Source: an uncultured delta proteobacterium | Lineage (GTDB): Bacteria > Myxococcota > Myxococcia > SLRQ01 | DNA: 64,000 nucleotides | Assembly (NCBI GenBank): GCA_963727485.1 | Contig: CAVSGM010000009.1 | Coordinates: 96,001-160,000 of the forward strand | Direction: 5' to 3' | In this document: positions 18,459 through 28,138 of the stretch, in pieces | Layout: the number at the start of each line of letters is the position of its first letter | How positions within the stretch are numbered: position 1 is the stretch's first letter | The notes under the pieces: model-generated | Seen by the model: only the letters and a program-made list of their open reading frames with translations | Told to the model about the DNA's origin: nothing | Databases searched by the model: none | Made by a program: the position numbers and the translations under genes

Positions 18459-18550
18459 AGCCTAGCGGGCCCTCCGGCGCGGTGTCAACAAAAGCCGTGT
18501 CTCAGCGCAGGGTTGAAGGTTTGACACCCCAGCGGGAACCGCCCTAGCAT
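18459..18550. promoter_or_regulatory. Back-to-back divergent sigma70-like promoters
   Basis: Minus strand: TTGACA(18488-18483)-N18-TAGGCT. Plus strand: TTGACA(18521)-N18-TAGCAT. Confidence 0.6.
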
Positions 18551-18565
18551 CCCCGGGGGGAAACG

Positions 18566-20881
18566 GTGAGCGAGCGCCTCGGAAAGTACCGACTGCTCAA
18601 GCGCCTCGCCGCCGGCGGGATGGCCGAGATCTGGCTGGCCAAGCAGCACGGCGTCGAGGGTTTCGAGAAGCTCGTCGTCATCAAGCGCATCCTCCCGAAC
18701 CTCGCCGACAACGACGAGTTCGTGCAGATGTTCCTCGACGAGGCGCGCCTCGCCGCCCAGCTCTCCCACCCGAACATCGTCCAGATCTTCGAGCTCGGGC
18801 GGTCCGAGGGCAGCTACTTCATCGCCATGGAGTTCATCCACGGCGAGAACCTCCGGTCGGTGATGAAGGCCGCCGCCCGCGCCGGGCAGCCGATGCCCGT
18901 GAACTACGTGGCCAAGGTCGTCTCCATGGCCTGCGAGGCCCTCTACTACGCCCACACCAAGGCGGACTTCTCGGGGCGGCCGCTCGGCATCGTCCACCGG
19001 GACGTGAGCCCCCAGAACCTCCTGCTCTCCTTCGAGGGGCAGGTGAAGGTGGTGGACTTCGGGATCGCCAAGGCGGCGACCCAGGTCCAGGAGACGCGCA
19101 CCGGCGTCCTCAAGGGCAAGTACGCCTACATGTCGCCGGAGCAGTGCCGGGGCCAGAAGCTCGACGCCCGCTCCGACATCTTCGCCCTGGGCATCGTCCT
19201 CTGGGAGCTCGCCACCGGGACCCGGCTCTACAAGCACAAGAGCGAGCTGATGATCCTCAAGGCCATCACCGAGGAGCCGACGCCGGCGCCCACCGAGGTG
19301 CGCCGCGCCATCCCCGCGGAGCTCGAGGCCATCATCCTCAAGGCCCTGGCCAAGCGCCGGGAGGATCGCTTCCAGACCTGCCACGAGATGCACATGGCCC
19401 TCGAGGGCTTCCTCCACGGCCAGGGCCAGCCCCTCTCGCCGGTGCACCTGGCCCAGTACGTGTCGGGCCTCTTCCCGGACAAGCTCGCCGGGTGGCAGCG
19501 CATCGTCGCCGCCCAGGACGAGGGCGACGGCCTCGAGTCCGAGCTCTTCGACGACCTCGGAGACCTCTTCGACGGCGGGACCCCCTCGAGCCGGGTCTCC
19601 ACCCCGAGCCAGGTCTCCCGGCGCACCGGCGGCGCCGGCGCCCGGCCCCTGGTCGCCGTCACCGGCGACACCGGCACCCAGGCCACCGTCTCGGCGCGCC
19701 CCGGCACCGGGGCGGACCTCGCCGGCGCCCGCACCGGGGTCCGCCCCGCCGGCCCGGGCCACACCCGTTCCCGGTGGCCGGTGGCGGTGCTCTCCGTGCT
19801 CCTGGTCGCCGTCGGCGGAGGCTGGCTCTACCAGTCGGTCCTCGCCCCGAGGCTCAACCGGGCGCCCCCCGTCGACACCCGCACCGCCGACGCCGGGCCG
19901 CCAGGGAAGGCGGGCGGGGTGGCGAGCCTGCTCATCGACACCGAGCCACCCGACGCGCGGGTGGTGGTGGACGGCGTCGCCCGGGCGAGCACCACCCCGG
20001 CCCGGATCCCCGACCTCGCCGTGGGCGCGCACCACCGGATCCTGGTCGAGGCCGCCGGCTACCGCCCCTGGCAGACCGAGATCGTCCTCGACCACGCCGG
20101 GGACGAGCGGCACCTCTCGGCACACCTCGAGAAGGCGCGGCCGAACCTCCCGGCGCCCCACCTCTCGGTGAGCACCGAGCCCGAGGGGGCCACCGTCTTC
20201 GTCGACGGTATCAAGCTCCCCCAGCCGACGCCCCTCGATCTGGACGTCGACGTCGGCCACGCCGGGAGCCTGGTGCGCATCGAGAAGGACGGCTACCAGA
20301 CCGAGGCCCACACGGTGGATCTCGAGCCCGGGACCCGGCCGTCGATCCTGGTCTCCCTGAGGCCCACCAAGGCCGCCCCCGGCCGAGCACCCGCCGGCCC
20401 ACGGCGCGCACCACAATCGGCGCCGCCCCCCCACCACCGCCACCACCCGGCGGGCCCCAGCGCCGCGAGCGGGACCCTGGCGGTGAACGCCCGGCCCTGG
20501 TGCAACATCCGCATCGACGGGAAGCTGGTGGGCCAGACCCCGCTGGTCGGCTACAGCCTCCCCGCGGGCCACCACCAGCTGGTCTGCCACAACCCCGACT
20601 TCGGGGTCAGCAAGACCCGCAGCATCGACATCGAGCCCCACGCCAACGACCGCGAGACCATCGTCTTCGGCTTCGGGAAGCTGGTGGTCAACGTGAAGCC
20701 GTGGGTGCGGGTCACGGTGAACGGCAAGGTCCTCGGCACCACCCCGATGGCGCCGCCGTCCCTCCCCGAGGGGAGCTACCGGGTGGTCCTGGACAACAAG
20801 AACTTCTCGTTCCACAAGACGTACCAGGTGCGGATCGTGGCCGGGAAGGCGCACACCATCAGCGGCAATCTCCTCAAGTAG
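18566..20881 (+). CDS. Transmembrane Ser/Thr kinase with PEGA-like extracytoplasmic domains
   Basis: AAGGMAEI, VVIK, HRDVSPQN, DFG, GKYAYMSPE; TM WPVAVLSVLLVAVGGGWL; repeated TEPxGAxVxVDG and RPWxxVxIDG motifs. Confidence 0.92.
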   Translation: MSERLGKYRLLKRLAAGGMAEIWLAKQHGVEGFEKLVVIKRILPNLADNDEFVQMFLDEARLAAQLSHPNIVQIFELGRSEGSYFIAMEFIHGENLRSVMKAAARAGQPMPVNYVAKVVSMACEALYYAHTKADFSGRPLGIVHRDVSPQNLLLSFEGQVKVVDFGIAKAATQVQETRTGVLKGKYAYMSPEQCRGQKLDARSDIFALGIVLWELATGTRLYKHKSELMILKAITEEPTPAPTEVRRAIPAELEAIILKALAKRREDRFQTCHEMHMALEGFLHGQGQPLSPVHLAQYVSGLFPDKLAGWQRIVAAQDEGDGLESELFDDLGDLFDGGTPSSRVSTPSQVSRRTGGAGARPLVAVTGDTGTQATVSARPGTGADLAGARTGVRPAGPGHTRSRWPVAVLSVLLVAVGGGWLYQSVLAPRLNRAPPVDTRTADAGPPGKAGGVASLLIDTEPPDARVVVDGVARASTTPARIPDLAVGAHHRILVEAAGYRPWQTEIVLDHAGDERHLSAHLEKARPNLPAPHLSVSTEPEGATVFVDGIKLPQPTPLDLDVDVGHAGSLVRIEKDGYQTEAHTVDLEPGTRPSILVSLRPTKAAPGRAPAGPRRAPQSAPPPHHRHHPAGPSAASGTLAVNARPWCNIRIDGKLVGQTPLVGYSLPAGHHQLVCHNPDFGVSKTRSIDIEPHANDRETIVFGFGKLVVNVKPWVRVTVNGKVLGTTPMAPPSLPEGSYRVVLDNKNFSFHKTYQVRIVAGKAHTISGNLLK

Positions 20882-20896
20882 ACGGGGGGGGTGCGC

Positions 20897-22692
20897 GTGA
20901 GCGACCGCTTCGGCAGATACCAGCTCCTGAAACGGCTCGCCGCCGGTGGCATGGCGGAGATCTGGCTGGCGCGCCAGTCGGGGGTCGAGGGGTTCGAGAA
21001 GCTCGTGGTCGTCAAGCGGATCCTGCCGCACCTCGCGGCGGATCCACACTTCGTGACCATGCTCCTCGACGAGGCGCGCCTCGCCGCCCGGTTCGCCCAC
21101 TCGAACGTCGTCCAAATCTTCGACCTCGGCCAGGCCGAGGGGACCTACTTCATCGCCATGGAGCTGGTCGCCGGAGAGAACCTCGCCACCTTCGTCCGGG
21201 CGGCCAGCCGCGCCCGCCGCCCGATGCCGGTGACCCTCGCGGCGCGCGTCGTCTCCTGGGCGGCCCAGGGGCTGCACTACGCCCACACGCGCACCGACGG
21301 CGAGGGGCGGCCCCTCGGCGTCATCCACCGGGACGTCAGCCCCCAGAACATCCTCGTCTCCTTCGAAGGACAGGTGAAGGTCGTCGACTTCGGCATCGCC
21401 AAGGCCCGCAGCCAGGTGGAGCAGACGGCGAGCGGCGTGCTCAAGGGCAAGCACGCCTACATGTCCCCCGAGCAGTGCCGCAACCAGCCCCTCGACGCCC
21501 GCAGCGACCTCTTCTCCCTGGGCATCGTCCTCTGGGAGCTCCTCACCGGTGCCCGGCTCTTCAAGCGGGAGAGCGCCCTGGCCACCCTCGCCGCCATCGC
21601 CCAGGAGCCCGTGCCCGCGGTGCGGTCGCGGCGGCCGGAGGTCCCCCTGGCCCTCGAGGGGATCGTGGACAGGGTCCTGCAGCGGGATCGGGAGGCGCGC
21701 TTCGCGACCGCCGACGAGCTCCACCGGGCCCTGGAAGGCTTCCTCCACACCTCCGGCGCCCCGGTGACCTCTGGGGACCTCGCCGCCTACGCCGGCGAGC
21801 TCCTCCCCGAAGCCCGCGTCCGATGGCGTCGGCTCCTCGAGGCCCGTGATCGCGGGGAGGACCTGGGGACCCACCTCCTGGCGGGTCTGGGCCACGCCGG
21901 TGAGTCGGCCCCACCGCCGCCGCTCCGGGCAGAGGGCGGAATCCCGGCGGCCGGGGACGGGGATGGGCAGCCGGGACCTGGAGCTGGCGGACCTCGGCGA
22001 GGCGGGACCGGCGCTCGAGCTCGATGCCCCGCCCGCGCCCGCGCCCGACGCCGACGCGAGCGCGGACGCCGGCGCCGAAGACCCGGCGCCGGGGGTCGCC
22101 ACCCCATCCCCGCGCCCTCGGCGTGTCGGCCGGTGGGTGCGCCTGGCGGGGGCAGCCGCGGTGGTTCTGGCGTCGAATCCTCACCGTCACCGGCTACGTC
22201 CTCGCCCACCGCCCTCGGGGCACCGGGGTGCTGGTCGTCCGGGCCCCCGCCTCGGCGGCACGGGTCCTGGTGGACGGGACCCGGCGAGCGAGCGCCACCC
22301 CGACCGAGATCCACGGCCTCACGGTGGGGGTCCGCCACCGGGTGACGCTGGTGGCGCCCGGGTGCCTCCCCTGGTCCACGGTGGTCACCCTCCACCACGC
22401 CCGGGATCGGGTCACCGTGGACGCCACCCTCGTGCCCCGCTCCCCGCATCCTCGCCCGGCGGAGGTGAAGCTGGTCTCCAAGCCCCCGGGGGCCTCCGTG
22501 AACGTCGACGGCCTCCGGCTCCCGGGCCAGACACCCATGACCGTGGAGCTGACCACCGGCCACACCGGCAGCCTCGTCCGCCTCTCCAAGAAGGGCTTCG
22601 CCGATGGGGTGTGGCGCGCGGATTTGTCCCCCGGCCGGCACGTGGTGGTCGGGGGGAAGCTTCGTCCGGCCCACTGGACCTGGCCGTGGTAA
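20897..22692 (+). pseudogene. Paralogous TM Ser/Thr kinase-PEGA gene with two frameshifts (~21930, ~22180); pseudogene or assembly error
   Basis: The intact kinase domain is very similar to 18566-20881. The linker/TM lies in a second frame (RWVRLAGAAAVVLA) and the PEGA-like domains in a third (SKPPGASVNVDG), ending at TAA 22692. Confidence 0.75.
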
Positions 22693-22704
22693 GGATCGGG
22701 CCCC

Positions 22705-24693
22705 ATGAAGATCCCGCCCAAGACCACCCTGGCCCGCTGGATCCTCGGGGGCGGGCTGCTCCTGGCCGCGGTGCTCTGGCTCCCACGCCTCGACCCCCAG
22801 GCCCGGTCGGCCACCGAGATGGCCTTGATGGACCGGGGCGTGGCCCGGCTCGAAGTGGCGCTCCCCAAGCAGCGCCCGGGCTACGACCGCTACCACTCGG
22901 TCCTCATCTATCGGGGCGACGCGCCCCGGTACGTGGCGCGGATCCGTGAGCGCCTCGGCACCTCGGGGCGCCTGAAGGTCGGCGACACCGGGCAGCCCCT
23001 GGTGGTCGACCTCGACCTCGCCGCCTCGCCGCCCAGGCTCACCCTCGCCTACGCCCCGGAGAGCCGGATCCCGGTGACGGTCTCGGTGACCCACCGCTTC
23101 ATCCCGGCGTGGTCGGTGCTCCCGCCCCTGGTGGCCATCGTCCTGGCCTTCGTGACCTTGCGCCTGGTCTTCTCCCTGCTCACCGCGATCCTCCTCGGGG
23201 GGCTCTTGGCCGTGGGCCCGAACCCCATCGCCTTCGTGGGCCACAGCCTCAAGGTCTACCTGTGGCAGGCGACCTTCTCCGACCCCTTCAAGCTGTGGAT
23301 CCTCGCCTTCACCTGCGCCCTCATCGGCATGGTGCAGGTGTCGACCCGCGCCGGCGGGGTCCAGGGGATCGTCGACCGCATCGCGACCCTGGCCCGGAGC
23401 GCCCGGTCCACGCAGATCGCCACCGCCCTGATGGGCGTGGCCATCTTCTTCGACGACTACGCCAACACCATCCTGGTCGGCAGCACCATGCGTCCGCTCA
23501 CCGACGCCATGCGCGTGTCCCGGGAGAAGCTCTCCTACCTGGTCGACTCCACCAGCGCCCCGGTGGCCGGGGTCGCCATCATCTCCACCTGGATCGGCTA
23601 CGAGGTCGGGCTCTTCACCGACATCGCCCACAGCCTGGGGCTCCACCAGGACGGCTACCAGCTCTTCTTCTCCGCCCTGCCCTACCGGTTCTACTGCCTG
23701 TTCACCCTGGTCTTCCTCGGCATCCTCCTGGGGATGGGCCGGGACTACGGCCCCATGCTCCGGGCCGAGCGCCGGGCCCACCGCACAGGTGAGGTCATCC
23801 GCGCCGGCGCGGTGCCGCTGGCGAGCCGCACCTTCACCGTCCCCGGCCCCCGGGAAGGCGTCCGCCCCCTCGCCCGGGTGGCGGTGGTGCCCATCGCGGT
23901 GGTGCTGGTGGGGACGGTGGTGGGCCTGCTCTGGGACGGCGGCGCCTTCGCCACCCTGGCGGCCCACCCGACGGCCCTGTTCACCGTGGCCCTCTGGCGC
24001 GGCGCCTTCGGGAGCGCCTCCGACTCCACCATGGTGCTCTTCCTGGCGTCGGCCGCCGGGTCGGTGGCGGTCTTCGCCCTGGCCCTGGGGCACCGGCTCC
24101 TCTCGCCGAAGGACGCCGCGGTCGCCTACGGCCGCGGGGTGGCGTCGATGTACCTCGCCATCGTCATCCTGCTTCTGGCCTGGGGCATCAAGGCCACCTG
24201 CGACGACCTCGGGACCAGCTACTTCCTGGTGGCGGGCCTGGAGCACGTGGTGAACCCGGCGCTCTTGCCGATGATCATCTTCCTCCTCGCGGCCCTGGTG
24301 AGCTTCGCCACCGGGACCAGCTGGGGGACCATGGGCATCCTCATCCCCACCGCGGTGCCGCTGGCCTACCACCTGGGCGGGCTGCCGGAGATGTACATCT
24401 CCATGGCCGCGGTCCTCGACGGCGCCATCTTCGGCGACCACTGCTCGCCCATCTCCGACACCACGGTGATGTCGTCCATCGCCTCGGGGTCCGACCACCT
24501 GGACCACGTGCGCACCCAGATCCCCTACGCCCTGACCGCCATGGGCTTCGCCGCGGTCTTCGGCTACCTCTGGGACGCCACCGGGCTGCCCTACTGGGCC
24601 GGGTGGCTGATCGGCATCGCGGGGATGGCGGTGTTCATCCGCGTCGTCGGGCGCAAGGCCCGGGACGAGGCGGCCGCCCCCAGCGCGACCTAG
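22705..24693 (+). CDS. NhaC-family Na+/H+ antiporter-like membrane transporter
   Basis: IFFDDYAN, VSREKLSYLVDSTSAP, SFATGTSWGTM, GAIFGDHCSPISDTT...DHVRTQIPYA. Confidence 0.9.
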   Translation: MKIPPKTTLARWILGGGLLLAAVLWLPRLDPQARSATEMALMDRGVARLEVALPKQRPGYDRYHSVLIYRGDAPRYVARIRERLGTSGRLKVGDTGQPLVVDLDLAASPPRLTLAYAPESRIPVTVSVTHRFIPAWSVLPPLVAIVLAFVTLRLVFSLLTAILLGGLLAVGPNPIAFVGHSLKVYLWQATFSDPFKLWILAFTCALIGMVQVSTRAGGVQGIVDRIATLARSARSTQIATALMGVAIFFDDYANTILVGSTMRPLTDAMRVSREKLSYLVDSTSAPVAGVAIISTWIGYEVGLFTDIAHSLGLHQDGYQLFFSALPYRFYCLFTLVFLGILLGMGRDYGPMLRAERRAHRTGEVIRAGAVPLASRTFTVPGPREGVRPLARVAVVPIAVVLVGTVVGLLWDGGAFATLAAHPTALFTVALWRGAFGSASDSTMVLFLASAAGSVAVFALALGHRLLSPKDAAVAYGRGVASMYLAIVILLLAWGIKATCDDLGTSYFLVAGLEHVVNPALLPMIIFLLAALVSFATGTSWGTMGILIPTAVPLAYHLGGLPEMYISMAAVLDGAIFGDHCSPISDTTVMSSIASGSDHLDHVRTQIPYALTAMGFAAVFGYLWDATGLPYWAGWLIGIAGMAVFIRVVGRKARDEAAAPSAT

Positions 24694-25208
24694 ATGAGGC
24701 CCTTGAGGCGCTTGACCTGCTCGACCTGGCGCCGGTACTCGATCTCCCAGTCCGCGGTGCCCTCTTCGAGGTGCCGCAGCCGCGCCCGGACCTCGCGGTC
24801 GATGTCGTCCTCGACCTCGAGGTAGCGCTTGAAGACCCCGTGGAGCTTCTTGCGCATGGTGTGGTCCTCGGCGAACACCTCCTCGACGTTGCGCGAGATG
24901 AGGAGGAACTCGAGGATCTGGTTGATCATGTAGTCGACGCCCTCATCGCCGAGCTTGTGCCCGCGGACGTCGGCCATCTCCCGCTTGGTGCGGTTGAACT
25001 GCGAGTAGTCGTAGCCGCGCCGCTCCAGGGCCTCCTTGGTGGCCTGGTTCACCGCCTCCTCGTCGGAGAGGTACTGGCGCATGATGGCCGCGACGTCCTG
25101 CTCGGCGTCGGCGACCCGCATCGTCTCGACCTCGATGTCGCCGTCCTGCATGAGACGGGCGATCATGTCGCGGGCGATGGCGGGAATCACTTTGGGATAG
25201 AGGCGCAT
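24690..25208 (-). CDS. DUF507 family protein
   Basis: MRLYPKVIPAIAR...EDDIDREVRARLRHLEEGTADWEIEY; lies downstream of uvrC. Confidence 0.75.
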   Translation of the reverse strand: MRLYPKVIPAIARDMIARLMQDGDIEVETMRVADAEQDVAAIMRQYLSDEEAVNQATKEALERRGYDYSQFNRTKREMADVRGHKLGDEGVDYMINQILEFLLISRNVEEVFAEDHTMRKKLHGVFKRYLEVEDDIDREVRARLRHLEEGTADWEIEYRRQVEQVKRLKGLI

Positions 25209-25258
25209 GGGGTACCGGATATACGTCACCCCTCGGAGGTGCGGCAAGGGAAAAGCCC

Positions 25259-27139
25259 CTACCGTTTCGCCGCCCCGGTCCCGGGCTCCGGAGCCGCCCG
25301 GGGGGGCCCGTGGAGGCCCTCGTGGACCCGCTGGGCGAGGACCTCGGAGAAGCCCGGCACCGCGGCAATCTCCTCGAGCGAGGCGGCCCGGAGGCGCTTG
25401 AGGGACCCGAAGTGACGCAGGAGGATCTTGCGCCGCCCGGGCCCCACCCCGGCGATCCGGTCCAGGACCGAGCCCAGGGCCTGCTTCCCCCGGAGCTGCT
25501 TGTGGAAGGTGATGGCGAAACGGTGGGCCTCGTCCCGGAGACGGGTGAGGACGAAGAGCTCGGCGGAGTTCTGCCGGAGCACCACCGGGTCCTTGCGGTT
25601 CGGGAGGAAGACCCGCTCGGGACTCCGGACCACCTCGGCGCCGTCGTCGCCCTGCACCCGGCTCTTGGCGAGGCCCACCACGTCGAGGTCGTCGATGCCC
25701 ACGTCCGAGAGGACCGCCGAGGCGACCGAGAGCTGCCCCTTGCCCCCGTCGATGACCAGAAGGTCCGGGAGATCGCCCTCCTCGAGGCCCCGGAGGAGGC
25801 GCCGGGTCAGGACCTCGCGCATCATGGCGAAGTCGTCCTGGCCCTTCACGCCCTTGATCTTGTACCGGCGGTAGCGGGCCTTGTCGGCCTCGCCGTCGAG
25901 CATGGCCACCCGGCTGGCCACGGGGTTGGTGCCCTGGACCTGGCTGATGTCGTAGCCCTCGATGCGCCGGGGGAGCCGGCGCAGGTGCAGGGCCTGCTTC
26001 AGGCGCCCGAGGACCTCCTCCAGGTCCCGGTCCTTGTGGCGGCTCACCTCGAAGCTGGCCTGGGCGTTGGCCTCGGCGAGCTCCAGGAGCCGCCGCTTCT
26101 CCCCGCGCCTCGGCACCAGGAGGCGCACCCGCTTCCCCCGGCGCTCGGCCAGCCAGTCGGCCAGCGCCTCCGGGGCCTCGACCTCCACCGGGAGCAGGAC
26201 CTCGGCGGGGACGAAGGCCCCGGCCTCGTAGAACTGCTCCACGAACGACCGCACCAGCTCGGCGGTGGGAAACTCCTGGCCCGAGAAGCTGAAGGCGCGC
26301 CCCCCGGAGAGGCGCCCGCCCCGGACGAAGAGGAGCTGGAGCTCGAAGAGCGGCCCCTCCCGGTGGACGCCCACCACGTCCTGGTCCACCCGCTCCTCCA
26401 CCTGCACCACCCGCTGGCGCTCCAGGGTGCGCTCCACGGCGAAGAGCTGGTCGCGGATCCGCGCCGCCTCCTCGAAGCGCGTCGCCGCGCTCATCTCGGC
26501 CATCCGGGCCTTGAGCTTGGCGGCGAGATCGTCCTGGCGCCCCTCGAGGAAGAGGATGGCGTCCTGGACGTGCTCGCCGTAGTCGGGGACCTCGTAGACG
26601 CAGGGGGCCGGGCACCGGCCGATCTGGTACTGGAGGCAGGGGCGCTTGCGGCTCACGATCTCGGTGTCGGAGCAGGTGCGCAGGCCGAAGTGGCGGTTCA
26701 CCACCCGCAGGGTCTCCCGGACCGCCGCGGCGCTGGCGTAGGGCCCGAAGTAGCGCGCCCCGTCCGACTCCGGCCGCCGCCACACCTGGAGCCGCGGGTG
26801 GGGGTGGGCGAGGTCGAGGCGCAGGGTGATGTACGCCTTGTCGTCCCGGAGGAGGACGTTGAAGCGCGGCTTGTGCTTCTTGATGAGCTCGTTCTCGAGG
26901 AGCAGCGCCTCCTTCTCGGAGGTGACCAGCAGGACCTCGAGGTCCCCGAGGAGCTCCGGGAGGAACGGGATGAAGGCCCGCTCGTCGCCCCCGGCGGCGA
27001 AGTAGCTGCGCACCCGGCTGCGCAGGTTCACCGCCTTGCCCACGTAGACCACCGTCCCCCGGCGATCTCGCATCAGGTAGACCCCGGGCGCGGCAGGGAG
27101 CCGCTTGAGCTTTTCGGCGACGCGTTCGGACAGGGGCAT
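25259..27139 (-). CDS. uvrC: Excinuclease ABC subunit C
   Basis: GIY-YIG (PGVYLM...[16 protein letters not shown]), UVR domain, [23 protein letters not shown], HhH GVGPGRR. Confidence 0.97.
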   Translation of the reverse strand: MPLSERVAEKLKRLPAAPGVYLMRDRRGTVVYVGKAVNLRSRVRSYFAAGGDERAFIPFLPELLGDLEVLLVTSEKEALLLENELIKKHKPRFNVLLRDDKAYITLRLDLAHPHPRLQVWRRPESDGARYFGPYASAAAVRETLRVVNRHFGLRTCSDTEIVSRKRPCLQYQIGRCPAPCVYEVPDYGEHVQDAILFLEGRQDDLAAKLKARMAEMSAATRFEEAARIRDQLFAVERTLERQRVVQVEERVDQDVVGVHREGPLFELQLLFVRGGRLSGGRAFSFSGQEFPTAELVRSFVEQFYEAGAFVPAEVLLPVEVEAPEALADWLAERRGKRVRLLVPRRGEKRRLLELAEANAQASFEVSRHKDRDLEEVLGRLKQALHLRRLPRRIEGYDISQVQGTNPVASRVAMLDGEADKARYRRYKIKGVKGQDDFAMMREVLTRRLLRGLEEGDLPDLLVIDGGKGQLSVASAVLSDVGIDDLDVVGLAKSRVQGDDGAEVVRSPERVFLPNRKDPVVLRQNSAELFVLTRLRDEAHRFAITFHKQLRGKQALGSVLDRIAGVGPGRRKILLRHFGSLKRLRAASLEEIAAVPGFSEVLAQRVHEGLHGPPRAAPEPGTGAAKR

Positions 27140-27192
27140 GGGATCCGGTTATTACCGGAACCTCGGGGCCGTGGGGATCCCTTCCCGGGCCG

Positions 27193-28011
27193 CTAGTCCC
27201 GAGGGCCCAGGAGGCTGTCGAGGCGGCCCACGCGCTCACCGAGCATCTTCGCCATCACCGCCTGGACGTCGCGGCCGGTGCGCTGGGAGAGCAGGGTGAT
27301 GTCCAGGGCGATCTGGCTGGTCGCCACCTCGGCCGTCGGCGCCGTCTCGCTCACCACCCCCAGGTCGCGGTCGTCGTCGTCCTCGGCCGAGGCGATGAGG
27401 GTGCGCCGGTCGTCGGCCACGATCACCAGCCGGTGCTTCCAGAAGGCCTCGAGCTCGCCCTCGTCCAGCCCGTACGAGAAGACCTCGCCCGGCAGCTCCG
27501 GGAGCGCGGCGTGGGAGAAGATCACCAGGAGCACCTTGCGACGCGCCACCCGGCGCAGGGCGGGCGCCAGCAGCGCGAGCTCCCGGGGCCAGCCGCTGAT
27601 GACCAGGCGCGACCCGGCCCCCCGGATAAGCCGCTCCGCCTCCTCGATCACCCGCGCGTAGCCCCGCACGGTGAAGGCGTCGGGGGCGGCCGGCGAGGCG
27701 TCCAGCCTGGCGATGGCCTCCTCGAGCGCCCCGACCGAGTGCTCGAAGCGCTGGCGGAGGCGGACGACCACCTCCTCGGGCGGGGTGGGCGCGAAGCGCT
27801 CGGGCTTGCCGGCGATGGCCCGCGCCGCCCCCTCGGCCACCAGCTGGCGGAGCACCCGGTACACCGCCGAGCGGGGGATCCGGGCCCGGATGCTCACCTC
27901 GTAGCCGGTGGCGGGGCTGCCCAGGAGCAGCGCGCGGTAGGCGCGCGACGCGTTCAGGCTGAAGCCGAGCCGCACCAGCGCCTCGACGACCTCGGGCTCG
28001 GGCTCGCTCAT
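27193..28011 (-). CDS. TrmB-family transcriptional regulator
   Basis: wHTH LGFSLNASRAYRALL...TGYEVS...IPRSAVYRVLRQL; C-terminal effector-type domain (LVIVADD). Confidence 0.85.
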   Translation of the reverse strand: MSEPEPEVVEALVRLGFSLNASRAYRALLLGSPATGYEVSIRARIPRSAVYRVLRQLVAEGAARAIAGKPERFAPTPPEEVVVRLRQRFEHSVGALEEAIARLDASPAAPDAFTVRGYARVIEEAERLIRGAGSRLVISGWPRELALLAPALRRVARRKVLLVIFSHAALPELPGEVFSYGLDEGELEAFWKHRLVIVADDRRTLIASAEDDDDRDLGVVSETAPTAEVATSQIALDITLLSQRTGRDVQAVMAKMLGERVGRLDSLLGPRD

Positions 28012-28100
28012 GGTCCCTGTCTCCCACGAAAGCCGGCGCCGGTGGAGGGATCCGGGCTCCGGCGCCCCTGACCCAGGTCATTGACGGATCCCGGGTGCGA

Positions 28101-28124
28101 TAGTAACTCACCTCGGAGTTACTA
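28101..28124. promoter_or_regulatory. Palindromic operator candidate
   Basis: TAGTAACTC-N6-GAGTTACTA, a perfect 9-bp inverted repeat between the divergent TrmB gene and 28139; TTGACG at 28081. Confidence 0.6.
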
Positions 28125-28138
28125 ACGGAGGTCTCCCC

